A stretch of 64,000 nt of DNA, taken from contig JAUWOY010000011.1 of NCBI GenBank assembly GCA_030611885.1, positions 9,456-73,455 of the forward strand. Direction: 5' to 3'. The first letter of the stretch is position 1. The number at the start of each line of letters is the position of its first letter. The notes beneath the pieces are model-generated. The model saw only the letters and a program-made list of their open reading frames with translations. It searched no databases and had not been told where the DNA came from. Positions 53,465 through 61,425 of this stretch are shown here, piece by piece. The translations under genes and the position numbers were made by a program. This DNA is from Chloroflexota bacterium (lineage in GTDB: Bacteria > Chloroflexota > Anaerolineae > VGOG01).

Positions 53465-53865
53465 TCACGGAAGCTGACACAGACGATGTGCGCTGCCAGC
53501 TACGGGAGGCGCTGGCAGCGAGGACGGAGATCGTCTTCGCCTACCTGCACGGCTCTTTCACCGAGGGGCTCCCTTTCCACGATGTAGATGTGGCGGTCTA
53601 CCTGGATCCAGCTTTGGCTACGGCCACGGACATCTTCGATTACGAGATGAGCCTCTCAGTGGAGCTGACTCGCGCTTTTCGTTTTCTGGTGGATGTACAC
53701 GTCCTCAACAGCGCTCCCTTGGGTTTTCAACACAGCGTTCTGCAAGGAGAGGCATTGCTAGTGCATGATGAGGATGAACTGACCGATTTCATCGAGCGAG
53801 TGGCAATTGAATACATGGACTTCGCCTATCTGGGACGTCGTTATCTGTTGGAGGTGCTCCGATAA
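53443..53865 (+). CDS. mntA: MntA-type adenylyltransferase antitoxin
   Basis: AYLHGS…DVDVAV, VDVHVLNSAP. Confidence 0.8.
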   Translation: MDEQARVITEADTDDVRCQLREALAARTEIVFAYLHGSFTEGLPFHDVDVAVYLDPALATATDIFDYEMSLSVELTRAFRFLVDVHVLNSAPLGFQHSVLQGEALLVHDEDELTDFIERVAIEYMDFAYLGRRYLLEVLR

Positions 53866-54320
53866 TGATCGGGATAGATATCGAGCGCGTTAAAGAGCGT
53901 GCACGGGAGATTCGGGAGAGTCAGGAGAAGATCCGCCATTATGCTGCCCTACCGGATGCGGAATTTTTCGCCGACGAGCGCAATCTCTATACCGTGATGC
54001 ACTTGCTCCTCATTGCCATCGAAGCCACGGCTTCCTTGTGCACACATATCCTGGCCAAAACTGCTCGTAAAGCCCCTTCCAGCCACGCGGAATGTTTTGA
54101 AGGGCTACGAGACCTGGGAATAGTGGACGATGAACTGGCGAGTCATCTTGTGAAAATGGTCCGCTTTCGCAACCTGTTGGTCCATCGTTATTGGGAGATA
54201 GACCCGGTCAGGGTACTGGGCTACGCCCGAGAGAACTTGGGGGATTTCGAGGCTTTCTTGGCAGCCGTGGAAGGCTTCGTGAAGAGAGATTTGGAGGAGG
54301 AAGTTGAGAGGAGATCATGA
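53865..54320 (+). CDS. hepT: HepT/DUF86 RNase toxin
   Basis: Rx4HxY motif RNLLVHRY. Confidence 0.9.
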   Translation: MIGIDIERVKERAREIRESQEKIRHYAALPDAEFFADERNLYTVMHLLLIAIEATASLCTHILAKTARKAPSSHAECFEGLRDLGIVDDELASHLVKMVRFRNLLVHRYWEIDPVRVLGYARENLGDFEAFLAAVEGFVKRDLEEEVERRS

Positions 54321-56716
54321 CCGATAACTCGATCACTGCTTATTGCATGAAGTGCAGAGCTAAACAAGGGATGGAGAACCCGCAGCCGGTTTTCACCAAG
54401 GCCGGTCGGCCAGCCACGACGGGCACCTGCCCTGTGTGTGGAACCAAGATGTTCCGTATGGGCGAAACTCCTGCCCACGCTGGGCTTCCCAAGCCCAAGC
54501 CTAAGCCTAAGCCCAAGCCACGCCAACGCGACGGCAAGTTGGTCATCGTGGAATCGCCGGCCAAGGCCCGTACTGTCGGCAGGTTCCTGGGCCATCCCTA
54601 TCGCGTCAGGGCCTCCATTGGCCACGTGCGGGATCTGCTCAGGTCCCGCCTCAGCGTGGACGTGGAGAACGACTTCGAGCCTACCTATCGCATACCTAAT
54701 GAGAAGAGGGACGTGGTCAGGGAACTGCGGGAGGAGGTCAAGAAGGCTGGCGAGGTCTACCTGGCTACAGACCCCGACCGCGAGGGGGAAGCTATCGCCT
54801 GGCACCTCATGGAGGCGGCCCAAATCAGCAACGAGCAGGCCCGGCGCGTGGTCTTCCACGAGATCACTCGCGATGCCATTGACGAAGCATTCTCTCACCC
54901 CCGCGATATTGACATGCAACTGGTCAACGCTCAACAGGCCCGGCGCATCCTGGACCGCCTGGTGGGCTATAAAATTAGCCCGCTTCTCTGGGAGAATGTG
55001 CGCAACCGCACCACGGCCGGACGGGTGCAATCGGTGGCCCTGCGTCTCGTCGTCGAACGAGAGCGGGAGATCGAGGCCTTCGTGCCGGTGGAGTACTGGT
55101 CCATTGATGCAGAACTGGCCAAGCGGGAAGAAAAGTGCCGCAGTTTCACCGCCAGGCTGCACCGCATTCGCGGCGAGGAGGTGGATCTCAAGAGTGAAGC
55201 GGATACCCAGAAGATCGTAGATGATCTGGAGGAGGCGACCTATGTCATAACCAAGGTGCGCAAGGGCCAGCGGCAGCGAAATCCCTCGCCTCCTTACACC
55301 ACCAGCACCATGCAACAGGAGGCCTCCCGACGACTCGGCTTCACCGCCAAGCGCACCATGCGGATTGCCCAGCAACTCTATGCGGGGGTGGAGATCGGCG
55401 ATGAGGAATTGGTGGGCCTCATCACCTACATGCGCACCGACAGCGTCAATGTGGCTAAGGCCGCCCAGGAGGAAGCCCGCGCTTACATCGCCGAAAGGTT
55501 TGGCGCTAAATACAGGCCGGCCAAACCTCGCCGCTACAAAACCAAAGCCAAGGGCGCACAAGAGGCCCACGAAGCCATCCGGCCCACCTCGGTGCATCGC
55601 GAGCCCAAAGCCATAAAACAGTATCTCTCACGCGACCAGTACCGCCTCTACGATCTCATCTGGAAACGCTTCCTGGCCAGCCAGATGTCCTCGGCTATCT
55701 TCGATACCGTCTCCGTGGACGTAGTAGCAGATAGCAAATTGCAGATGGCTGATAGCGAGCTAACGGTAATCCCTGGCGATCAGCTATCAGCTATCAGCCA
55801 TAAGCCGGATTATCTCTTCCGAGCTACGGGATCCAGCATCCGATTCCGGGGCTTCTTGATCGTCTACGAAGAGGCCAGGGACGAGGATGAGGCTCTTGAA
55901 GAGGGTGAAGGCAAGATTCTGCCGCCGCTCTCCCAGGGCGAGATTTTGGACCTCTTGCGGCTCTTGCCAGAGCAGCACTTCACCAAGCCGCCGCCGCGCT
56001 ACAGCGAGGCCACCCTGGTCAGAACCCTGGAGGAGTACGGCATTGGCCGGCCCAGCACCTACGCGCCCATCATCTCCATCATCCAAACTCGGGGTTACGT
56101 GGATCGCGAGGCCAGACGCCTGTTCCCTACCGAGTTGGGCTTTATCGTCAACGATATCGTGGTGAAGCATTTCCCCGACATCATAAACGTGGATTTCACT
56201 GCTCGTATGGAGGCGGAGCTGGACCTCATCGCCTCAGGTGAGCGGGAGTGGGTGCCAATGTTGCGGGAGTTCTACGGCCCCTTCGATGAGGCGGTGAAAC
56301 AAGCCAGGCTCATTATGGAAAAGGTGGACTTTGGCCCGCAAGAGACTGGCGAGATATGTGAGAAGTGCGGCCATCCCATGGTCGTCAAGTTCGGCCGCTA
56401 CGGCAAGTTCATCGCCTGCAGCAATTATCCAGAGTGCCGCAACACCAAGCCCTACCAGATCAAGACCGGCGTGGCCTGCCCGGAGTGCGGCGGCGACCTG
56501 GTGGAGAAGCGTACGCGCAGGAAGCGGGTCTTCTACGGTTGCTCCAACTATCCTGAGTGTGAATTTTCTACCTGGAAACACCCCTTGCCCCAGCCCTGCC
56601 CCAATTGTGGCGGCCTGTTGACTGTTGCTGGCAAGGAAAGAGCCAAGTGTGTTAAATGCGAAGAGGTGGTGGAATTGACCCTACTGGAGGAGACGGAGCC
56701 GGCGGGGGCGGACTGA
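54317..56716 (+). CDS. topA: DNA topoisomerase I with an extra N-terminal zinc ribbon
   Basis: [43 protein letters not shown]-terminal C4 ribbons; N-terminal CMKC…CPVC plus PK linker. Confidence 0.96.
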   Translation: MTDNSITAYCMKCRAKQGMENPQPVFTKAGRPATTGTCPVCGTKMFRMGETPAHAGLPKPKPKPKPKPRQRDGKLVIVESPAKARTVGRFLGHPYRVRASIGHVRDLLRSRLSVDVENDFEPTYRIPNEKRDVVRELREEVKKAGEVYLATDPDREGEAIAWHLMEAAQISNEQARRVVFHEITRDAIDEAFSHPRDIDMQLVNAQQARRILDRLVGYKISPLLWENVRNRTTAGRVQSVALRLVVEREREIEAFVPVEYWSIDAELAKREEKCRSFTARLHRIRGEEVDLKSEADTQKIVDDLEEATYVITKVRKGQRQRNPSPPYTTSTMQQEASRRLGFTAKRTMRIAQQLYAGVEIGDEELVGLITYMRTDSVNVAKAAQEEARAYIAERFGAKYRPAKPRRYKTKAKGAQEAHEAIRPTSVHREPKAIKQYLSRDQYRLYDLIWKRFLASQMSSAIFDTVSVDVVADSKLQMADSELTVIPGDQLSAISHKPDYLFRATGSSIRFRGFLIVYEEARDEDEALEEGEGKILPPLSQGEILDLLRLLPEQHFTKPPPRYSEATLVRTLEEYGIGRPSTYAPIISIIQTRGYVDREARRLFPTELGFIVNDIVVKHFPDIINVDFTARMEAELDLIASGEREWVPMLREFYGPFDEAVKQARLIMEKVDFGPQETGEICEKCGHPMVVKFGRYGKFIACSNYPECRNTKPYQIKTGVACPECGGDLVEKRTRRKRVFYGCSNYPECEFSTWKHPLPQPCPNCGGLLTVAGKERAKCVKCEEVVELTLLEETEPAGAD
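55727..55805. repeat. Inverted pair of heptamer arrays inside topA
   Basis: GCAGATA GCAAATT GCAGATG GCTGATA … GCGATCA GCTATCA GCTATCA GCCATAA; encodes [10 protein letters not shown]…DQLSAISHK. Confidence 0.85.
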
Positions 56717-56756
56717 GAACCTGGCGAAGGGTAGTGGCAGGATGAGGAGCCAGCGT

Positions 56757-57935
56757 ATGAAGGCGCTGTCGATCAGCCGACCGGTTTTCGACATCATAAA
56801 GAGAGATGGCTGGGCCGGCCAGGTGCTCGCCAATTACCGCCGGGCTTGCAACCTGCTGACCTCCGAGGGGGAGATAATCGCTCTGGTTGGCCCAGCGATC
56901 GGCAACGGCCCTCTGAACATTGTGATCGAGGAGACCGGGGTTCTTGAGCACGTGAAGCCTGGGTTGCTAGCAGTCTTTTCCGATGCCCAACTCATTTTGG
57001 GCGATTTGCTGGTTGTCTCGTTAGATGGGGCTCAGTTGTGGAGACCCGAAGTGGATTGGGGGCGTTTGGCAACTCAACCGAGAAGACTGGAACGCAACCT
57101 GGCCGCGCTGTGTAGTTGGCTATCTAAAAACGGCATTTCCCAGGGGCTACTTGGACTGGTGTTGGATAAAGAGAAAAAGTTCTTCGGGATCTCGCAGGGC
57201 CACGGTACCGGAGTCCCCAACTTGTTGGGGGTATGGCGTTACAAACCCCAGCAAGTTGGGGACTCCAGCCTGTTATTCACGCCAATTCCCACACCACACA
57301 ACCAGGCCTTCTTGACAATGGCGCGGGCGGCGATCAAAGGGCTGATGCAAGCGCTGCAAGATGGCGACCGGTCGGGCATCCGTGAAAACGCGGCGCTACT
57401 GGCCGGTCTGGGGCCGGGCTTGACGCCGGCCGGGGATGACTACTTGGTGGGACTTATGGCCGGGCTTCGGCTCTGGCTGGCCCCGCTAGAGAATAGCGGA
57501 TTATCGCCCGAGGAGGCTTGCCCAATCATCCTCGAAGCGACAGAGGGCAGGACCACCCTCCTCAGCAGGGCCTTCCTGCGTAGCGCCAAACAGGGTCTGT
57601 TCGGAGAAAACTGGCACGAATTGCTGGCAGCACTAGCAAGGGGGGACGCCATAGGAGTACAGCGGGCAGCCAGGCGCATCCTGTCCTCAGGAGCCACGTC
57701 GGGAGCCGATGCCCTGGCTGGTTTCCTGAGTCCGTATCTCTGGCATCGTAGTGGCGACTTCAGTCGCGCTAATCCGAGAGACAGCCGAGTTCGCGTTGGA
57801 AGAGTGGTAACCTGTACAGCGGGCAACTGGAAGACTTCTACGACGAAGGTGATTGGGAGGAATTCGACGAGGATGAGGATTGATAAGACGCCTGGCATCG
57901 GGGACAAAAATAGGTCCCCCGCCCGCCTACTTTGA
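56757..57935 (+). CDS. DUF2877 (AllH/YlbF-like) protein with a probably non-native C-terminal extension
   Basis: GLGPGLTPAGDDYLVG, TTLLS, GATSGADALAG. The tail runs through a REP element and overlaps the Fpg gene. Confidence 0.75.
   Translation: MKALSISRPVFDIIKRDGWAGQVLANYRRACNLLTSEGEIIALVGPAIGNGPLNIVIEETGVLEHVKPGLLAVFSDAQLILGDLLVVSLDGAQLWRPEVDWGRLATQPRRLERNLAALCSWLSKNGISQGLLGLVLDKEKKFFGISQGHGTGVPNLLGVWRYKPQQVGDSSLLFTPIPTPHNQAFLTMARAAIKGLMQALQDGDRSGIRENAALLAGLGPGLTPAGDDYLVGLMAGLRLWLAPLENSGLSPEEACPIILEATEGRTTLLSRAFLRSAKQGLFGENWHELLAALARGDAIGVQRAARRILSSGATSGADALAGFLSPYLWHRSGDFSRANPRDSRVRVGRVVTCTAGNWKTSTTKVIGRNSTRMRIDKTPGIGDKNRSPARLL
57210..57266. repeat. 57-bp in-frame palindrome inside the DUF2877 gene
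   Basis: GGAGTCCCCAACTTGTTGGGG / CCCCAGCAAGTTGGGGACTCC, 21-bp arms with 1 mismatch. Confidence 0.9.
57748..57767 (+). repeat. GTAG-type REP
   Basis: GTAG-TG-GCGACT-TC-AGTCGC; possible degenerate inverted mate near 57823-57841. Confidence 0.6.
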
Positions 57936-58704
57936 TTCTCTCGATGGGCGTCGCGCAGGCGAAACAGGGCTTCCCTTTACGCCCTTTGACCTGAAAGCTC
58001 TCCTGATAGGAGCCCTCGCTTCCGTCCAGGTGCAGGAAGGCCATCTCCGACGAACCACCCAGCTCCAACCCCCGCTGTAGCTCCGCCACGATGCTGGCGT
58101 GCAATCGCTCCACCTCCTCCTCGCTCAGCTCCGAGGCGCGGCGCTGAGGATGCAGCCTCGCTCGGAAGAGGATCTCGTCGCTGTAGACGTTGCCCAGGCC
58201 AGCGATGGCAGCCTGATTCATCAGGGTGGTCTTGATCATTCCCCGCTTCTTGGCCAGAAGCCGCCGCAAGAGATCAACAGTAAAGCTCTCATCCAGGGGA
58301 TCAACACCCAGTTTGGCTATGGGCGGCCAGTTGTCCACCTCGGCTGTGGGCAGCAAGTGGACGTATTTGAGCCTTACCTGGCCCAGAGTCAGGCGGGCTC
58401 CGTCGGCGAACTTAAGCTCCAGGCAAACGTCGCGGGGCTGGCCGGCGAAGGGCGGCGAGAGGAGCAGTTGGCCCACCATCATCAGGTGGATGAGCAGCGA
58501 GCGGCCGCCCTCGAAATCGAGCACCAGCATCTTGTCCCACCGCCGCACCCCCACGACAGCTCTACCCTCCACGGCTTCCCTGAGTTGGACGATGGGGAAC
58601 TGGCCCTCTGTCTTTTCGAAGGCAACAACCTCTTCCACCCTCCGCCCGACGACCTCGCGTCTCAGCTCCTCTTTTAGTATCTCTACCTCAGGCAGCTCAG
58701 GCAT
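57838..58704 (-). CDS. Fpg/Nei-family DNA glycosylase (divergent MutM)
   Basis: N-terminal PELPEVE, H2TH GLGNVYSDEILF, zinc finger CFAC…GRGTYFCPRCQ. Confidence 0.9.
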   Translation of the reverse strand: MPELPEVEILKEELRREVVGRRVEEVVAFEKTEGQFPIVQLREAVEGRAVVGVRRWDKMLVLDFEGGRSLLIHLMMVGQLLLSPPFAGQPRDVCLELKFADGARLTLGQVRLKYVHLLPTAEVDNWPPIAKLGVDPLDESFTVDLLRRLLAKKRGMIKTTLMNQAAIAGLGNVYSDEILFRARLHPQRRASELSEEEVERLHASIVAELQRGLELGGSSEMAFLHLDGSEGSYQESFQVKGRKGKPCFACATPIERIKVGGRGTYFCPRCQASYQSSSSSNSSQSPSS

Positions 58705-58756
58705 TTTGTCAACCTCTTCATCATGTGCGATTCTTTGTCAAGCATGAGAGACTAGC

Positions 58757-58849
58757 GCCGGTTGAGTAGGAGCGAAGCGACGTATCGAAGCCAAGCGGGT
58801 TATGTCCTTAGACCCGCTCGCTGGTCTCGATACACTTCGCACTCGACCG
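58757..58849. repeat. GGTTGAG…TCGA palindromic element overlapping the radical SAM stop
   Basis: CGGTTGAGT…TATCGAAGCC / GGTCTCGATA…ACTCGACCG with inner AGCGGGT/ACCCGCT stem. Confidence 0.75.
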
Positions 58850-59971
58850 ACGCTCGCTGGCCTCCCGATGGATCTGCTGCTCGACTTCCCTGGCCAACTT
58901 CTTCCCCAGGCTCGGGATGCTCTCCAACCCCTTCACCCCCATCCGCTCGTAGATCAGGCGCACATCCTGTTCCAGTTCGTCCAGAGCCCAGGCAGCCTTG
59001 CGATAGGCCCAAATCCTGTAGCCCCGCTCCCCCGCTAGTTCCAGCCGATAGGTCTTGATGGCCAGGTGCTCGGCGATGCGCTTGTTCACCGCCCGCTTTT
59101 CACCACGGATGATGGGGCGGGGTATGCGGTCGCTGAGGCCGTACTTCTGGCACAGCTCTGCCACCTTCTGCCCCAATCGGTTCCAGTAGCTCCGAGGCGG
59201 GCCGTAGCTGCCTTGCGGATAGAAGTGCTCGTAGAAGGGCACTTTCTCCGGACAGATGCGCGCCAACTGTTGCAAGAAATAGGCTTTCTGCTTATCGGAG
59301 AGGGTCAGCCCGCCGGCCAGGACGAAGGCACCGCCGTGATCCCGCGTCCAGCGCACCACCGCTTTCAGGTTCTCGTTGTCATCGTAGATGCCGGGGAGGA
59401 TGGGCATGAAGGATGTGCCAGTGAGGATGCCCGCCTCGGCGAACTGCTCCATGGCCTCGAAGCGGCGCGGCGGCATGGGCACGGCAGGCTCGAAGCCTTT
59501 GAGGTGCTCGTAATGGGGGGATTCGGGGGTGGCGATAATGCTGAAGCTGACCACGGCCCGCGCCCTGTCGTTGATGGCCGTGATCAGCTCCAAATCTTGC
59601 AGCACGTTATGGGACTTCTCCAGCACGAAGACGGGGAAGCCCAGGTCGAGGCAGACCTGGAGCATCTGGCGCGAGAGGCGATAGCGGAACTCGGCGGGCT
59701 GGTAGTCCCCCAAACCGACGACGCCCACCGGCACCTTCGAGAGCTCCTTGCGCAAGAGCTCCGGCGCGTTGATTTTCACCTTGATCAGGCGGGAGAAATC
59801 CTCAGGATCAGGGTAGGGGCAATACTTGCTCTCGCGCCAGTAGCAATACTCGCAGCCGTGCTGACAGCCTATGTAGGGATGGGCGGTATAGCGCGTCCAA
59901 AACCAGTGGTCGGGGCGTTTGTGCTTGTTCAGGATGCGCTTGGGCCTGTAGACTTTATATTCGACAGACAT
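58808..59971 (-). CDS. SPL-like radical SAM protein with a C-terminal PolX-type helix-hairpin-helix domain
   Basis: PYIGCQHGCEYCY, KINAPELL, DYQPAE, MPILPG; C-terminal NKRIAEHL…AYRKAA…ESIPSLGKKLA. Confidence 0.85.
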   Translation of the reverse strand: MSVEYKVYRPKRILNKHKRPDHWFWTRYTAHPYIGCQHGCEYCYWRESKYCPYPDPEDFSRLIKVKINAPELLRKELSKVPVGVVGLGDYQPAEFRYRLSRQMLQVCLDLGFPVFVLEKSHNVLQDLELITAINDRARAVVSFSIIATPESPHYEHLKGFEPAVPMPPRRFEAMEQFAEAGILTGTSFMPILPGIYDDNENLKAVVRWTRDHGGAFVLAGGLTLSDKQKAYFLQQLARICPEKVPFYEHFYPQGSYGPPRSYWNRLGQKVAELCQKYGLSDRIPRPIIRGEKRAVNKRIAEHLAIKTYRLELAGERGYRIWAYRKAAWALDELEQDVRLIYERMGVKGLESIPSLGKKLAREVEQQIHREASERRSSAKCIETSERV

Positions 59972-59998
59972 GGTCCCTGGCCCAGGCCACTTTTGAGA

Positions 59999-60547
59999 TC
60001 ATCGTGGCAGAGTCGGTTCCAGCAAAACAGTACCGTCTTCTGGGTCCCATTCCGCTGCCCAGCCGATCTTCAGGCCCTCGTCCTCTTCTGCAGGGTCCTC
60101 CAGCCGCCACCAAGCAGTACCCTCTTTCTCCTCAGGGCCATCCAGTACTTTCAGAATGGTCCCGTCCTCGACGAACTTCTTGGTAATGGTGTCCGTCCCA
60201 GGCCCCCAGCGAAACCTGAGTCCGTCGGCTTCGGTGTTGACCACCTTCACGTAGACGCCGACCTCAATCTCGGTGGGGACGCTTGGAGTAGGTGTAGGTT
60301 TGGGAGTGGGAGTGGCAGTGGTGAGCGGGGCCACCGTCGGCAGAGCGGGGGTGACGGTAGGTATGATCACAGTCGGCTGGGGCGATGGCCTAAAGAGGTC
60401 CGGACCGAAAGAGATGATCACGACCGCTATCAACAGCACGATGACCACCAGAGGCCAAAGGGGCAACCCGCGCCGACCCTTCGCTCGTGTCTGCCGCTGA
60501 ACTTCCTCTTCTTCGTAATAATCGTCTTGGGTGTTGAAGTCAGACAT
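59999..60547 (-). CDS. Single-TM protein with Pro/Thr linker and SH3b-like domain
   Basis: Hydrophobic LWPLVVIVLLIAVVII, PT-rich linker, GLRFRWGPG…VLDGP…WW…GW. Confidence 0.7.
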   Translation of the reverse strand: MSDFNTQDDYYEEEEVQRQTRAKGRRGLPLWPLVVIVLLIAVVIISFGPDLFRPSPQPTVIIPTVTPALPTVAPLTTATPTPKPTPTPSVPTEIEVGVYVKVVNTEADGLRFRWGPGTDTITKKFVEDGTILKVLDGPEEKEGTAWWRLEDPAEEDEGLKIGWAAEWDPEDGTVLLEPTLPR

Positions 60548-60646
60548 TTTGATGCTCCTTTCTCTGTTTATTCTTGTCCTCCATCAGCACATCGGCGGAA
60601 GACCTCGCTTAGGAAGACTGACTGAGCTAACATGATAAATTAGTGG

Positions 60647-61132
60647 CTAAGCAGTGCCCAGAGGGAGGCGATCGCTGCGTCGGCGGAGGGCCTCGATGCC
60701 GGCCAGGATATTGGCCTCCGACTTGACGCCCAATCCCGGCAGATCCCTGAGCTTGCCCTCCTGGGCTGCTCGTTCCACATCGGCCACGCTCGTCAACCCC
60801 AACCTCTCGTAGAGCAGCTTTGCCGTCCTGGGGCCTACGTTGGGAATGGCCAACATATCCACTACCCCCGGCGGGATCTCCTCTCTCAGTCTCTCGTAAT
60901 ATCCCAGACGCCCCGTGCGCAACAACTCATCGAGCTTCTTGGCCAGGGCCTCACCGACGCCGGGTATCTCCCTGAGTTTATCATCCCGCCAAACATCGTT
61001 GACATCTCGCCCCAGGTTGAGGATGTTATCCGCTGCCCGCCGGTACGCCACGGCCTTGTAGATGATCTCGCCCTTTATCTCCAGCAGGTCAGCGATGTCG
61101 TAGAGTATATCGGCCACCTGGCGATTGTTCAT
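60647..61132 (-). pseudogene. polX: DNA polymerase X, N-terminal 8-kDa and fingers domains only (truncated)
   Basis: MNNRQVA…AYRRAA…IPGVGEALAKK…IPNVGPRTA…LPGLGVKSE; stops at RLPLGTA before the palm GS.RR/DxD motif. Confidence 0.8.
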
Positions 61133-61183
61133 CGTCCTTTTCCCCACTACTCGCAGCAGGTACTCTCACAGCGAATCTACTCA

Positions 61184-61212
61184 ATTATACCAGTTTTTGC
61201 TCAACTTGACAA
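61184..61212 (-). promoter_or_regulatory. Sigma70-type promoter for the polX-side cluster
   Basis: TTGTCA-N17-TATAAT on the minus strand. Confidence 0.65.
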
Positions 61213-61308
61213 CAATAGGCCAGGAGGGTTTTCGAAGCAGAGTAGGGCGGGGAAAACACAGTCGGATCATCAACGTGGAACTCATTTTACATGAACGAAT
61301 ACGACTTT

Positions 61309-61337
61309 TTGCCACGATGTGGTATTTGTGTTATACT
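61309..61337 (+). promoter_or_regulatory. Sigma70-type promoter for the ABC transporter
   Basis: TTGCCA-N17-TATACT with TG extension. Confidence 0.6.
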
Positions 61338-61399
61338 GCTGGCGATCTTTCATGGAGAGGAAAGTGTCGACTCCCCGGCCGATAGATGGGTTTGGGGAC

Positions 61400-61423
61400 G
61401 TAAACTTTACGCGTAAACTTTAC
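61400..61423. promoter_or_regulatory. Tandem palindromic operator-like site
   Basis: GTAAACTTTAC-GC-GTAAACTTTAC, 2 nt before the ATG. Confidence 0.45.
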
Positions 61424-61425
61424 CT

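Noticed and set aside
58704-58742. Two TTGACAAA copies upstream of the Fpg gene as a promoter
   Set aside because: No -10 element at suitable spacing.
61140-61330. LexA box (GAAC-N4-GTTC) upstream of the repair-like cluster
   Set aside because: No adequate match found by eye.
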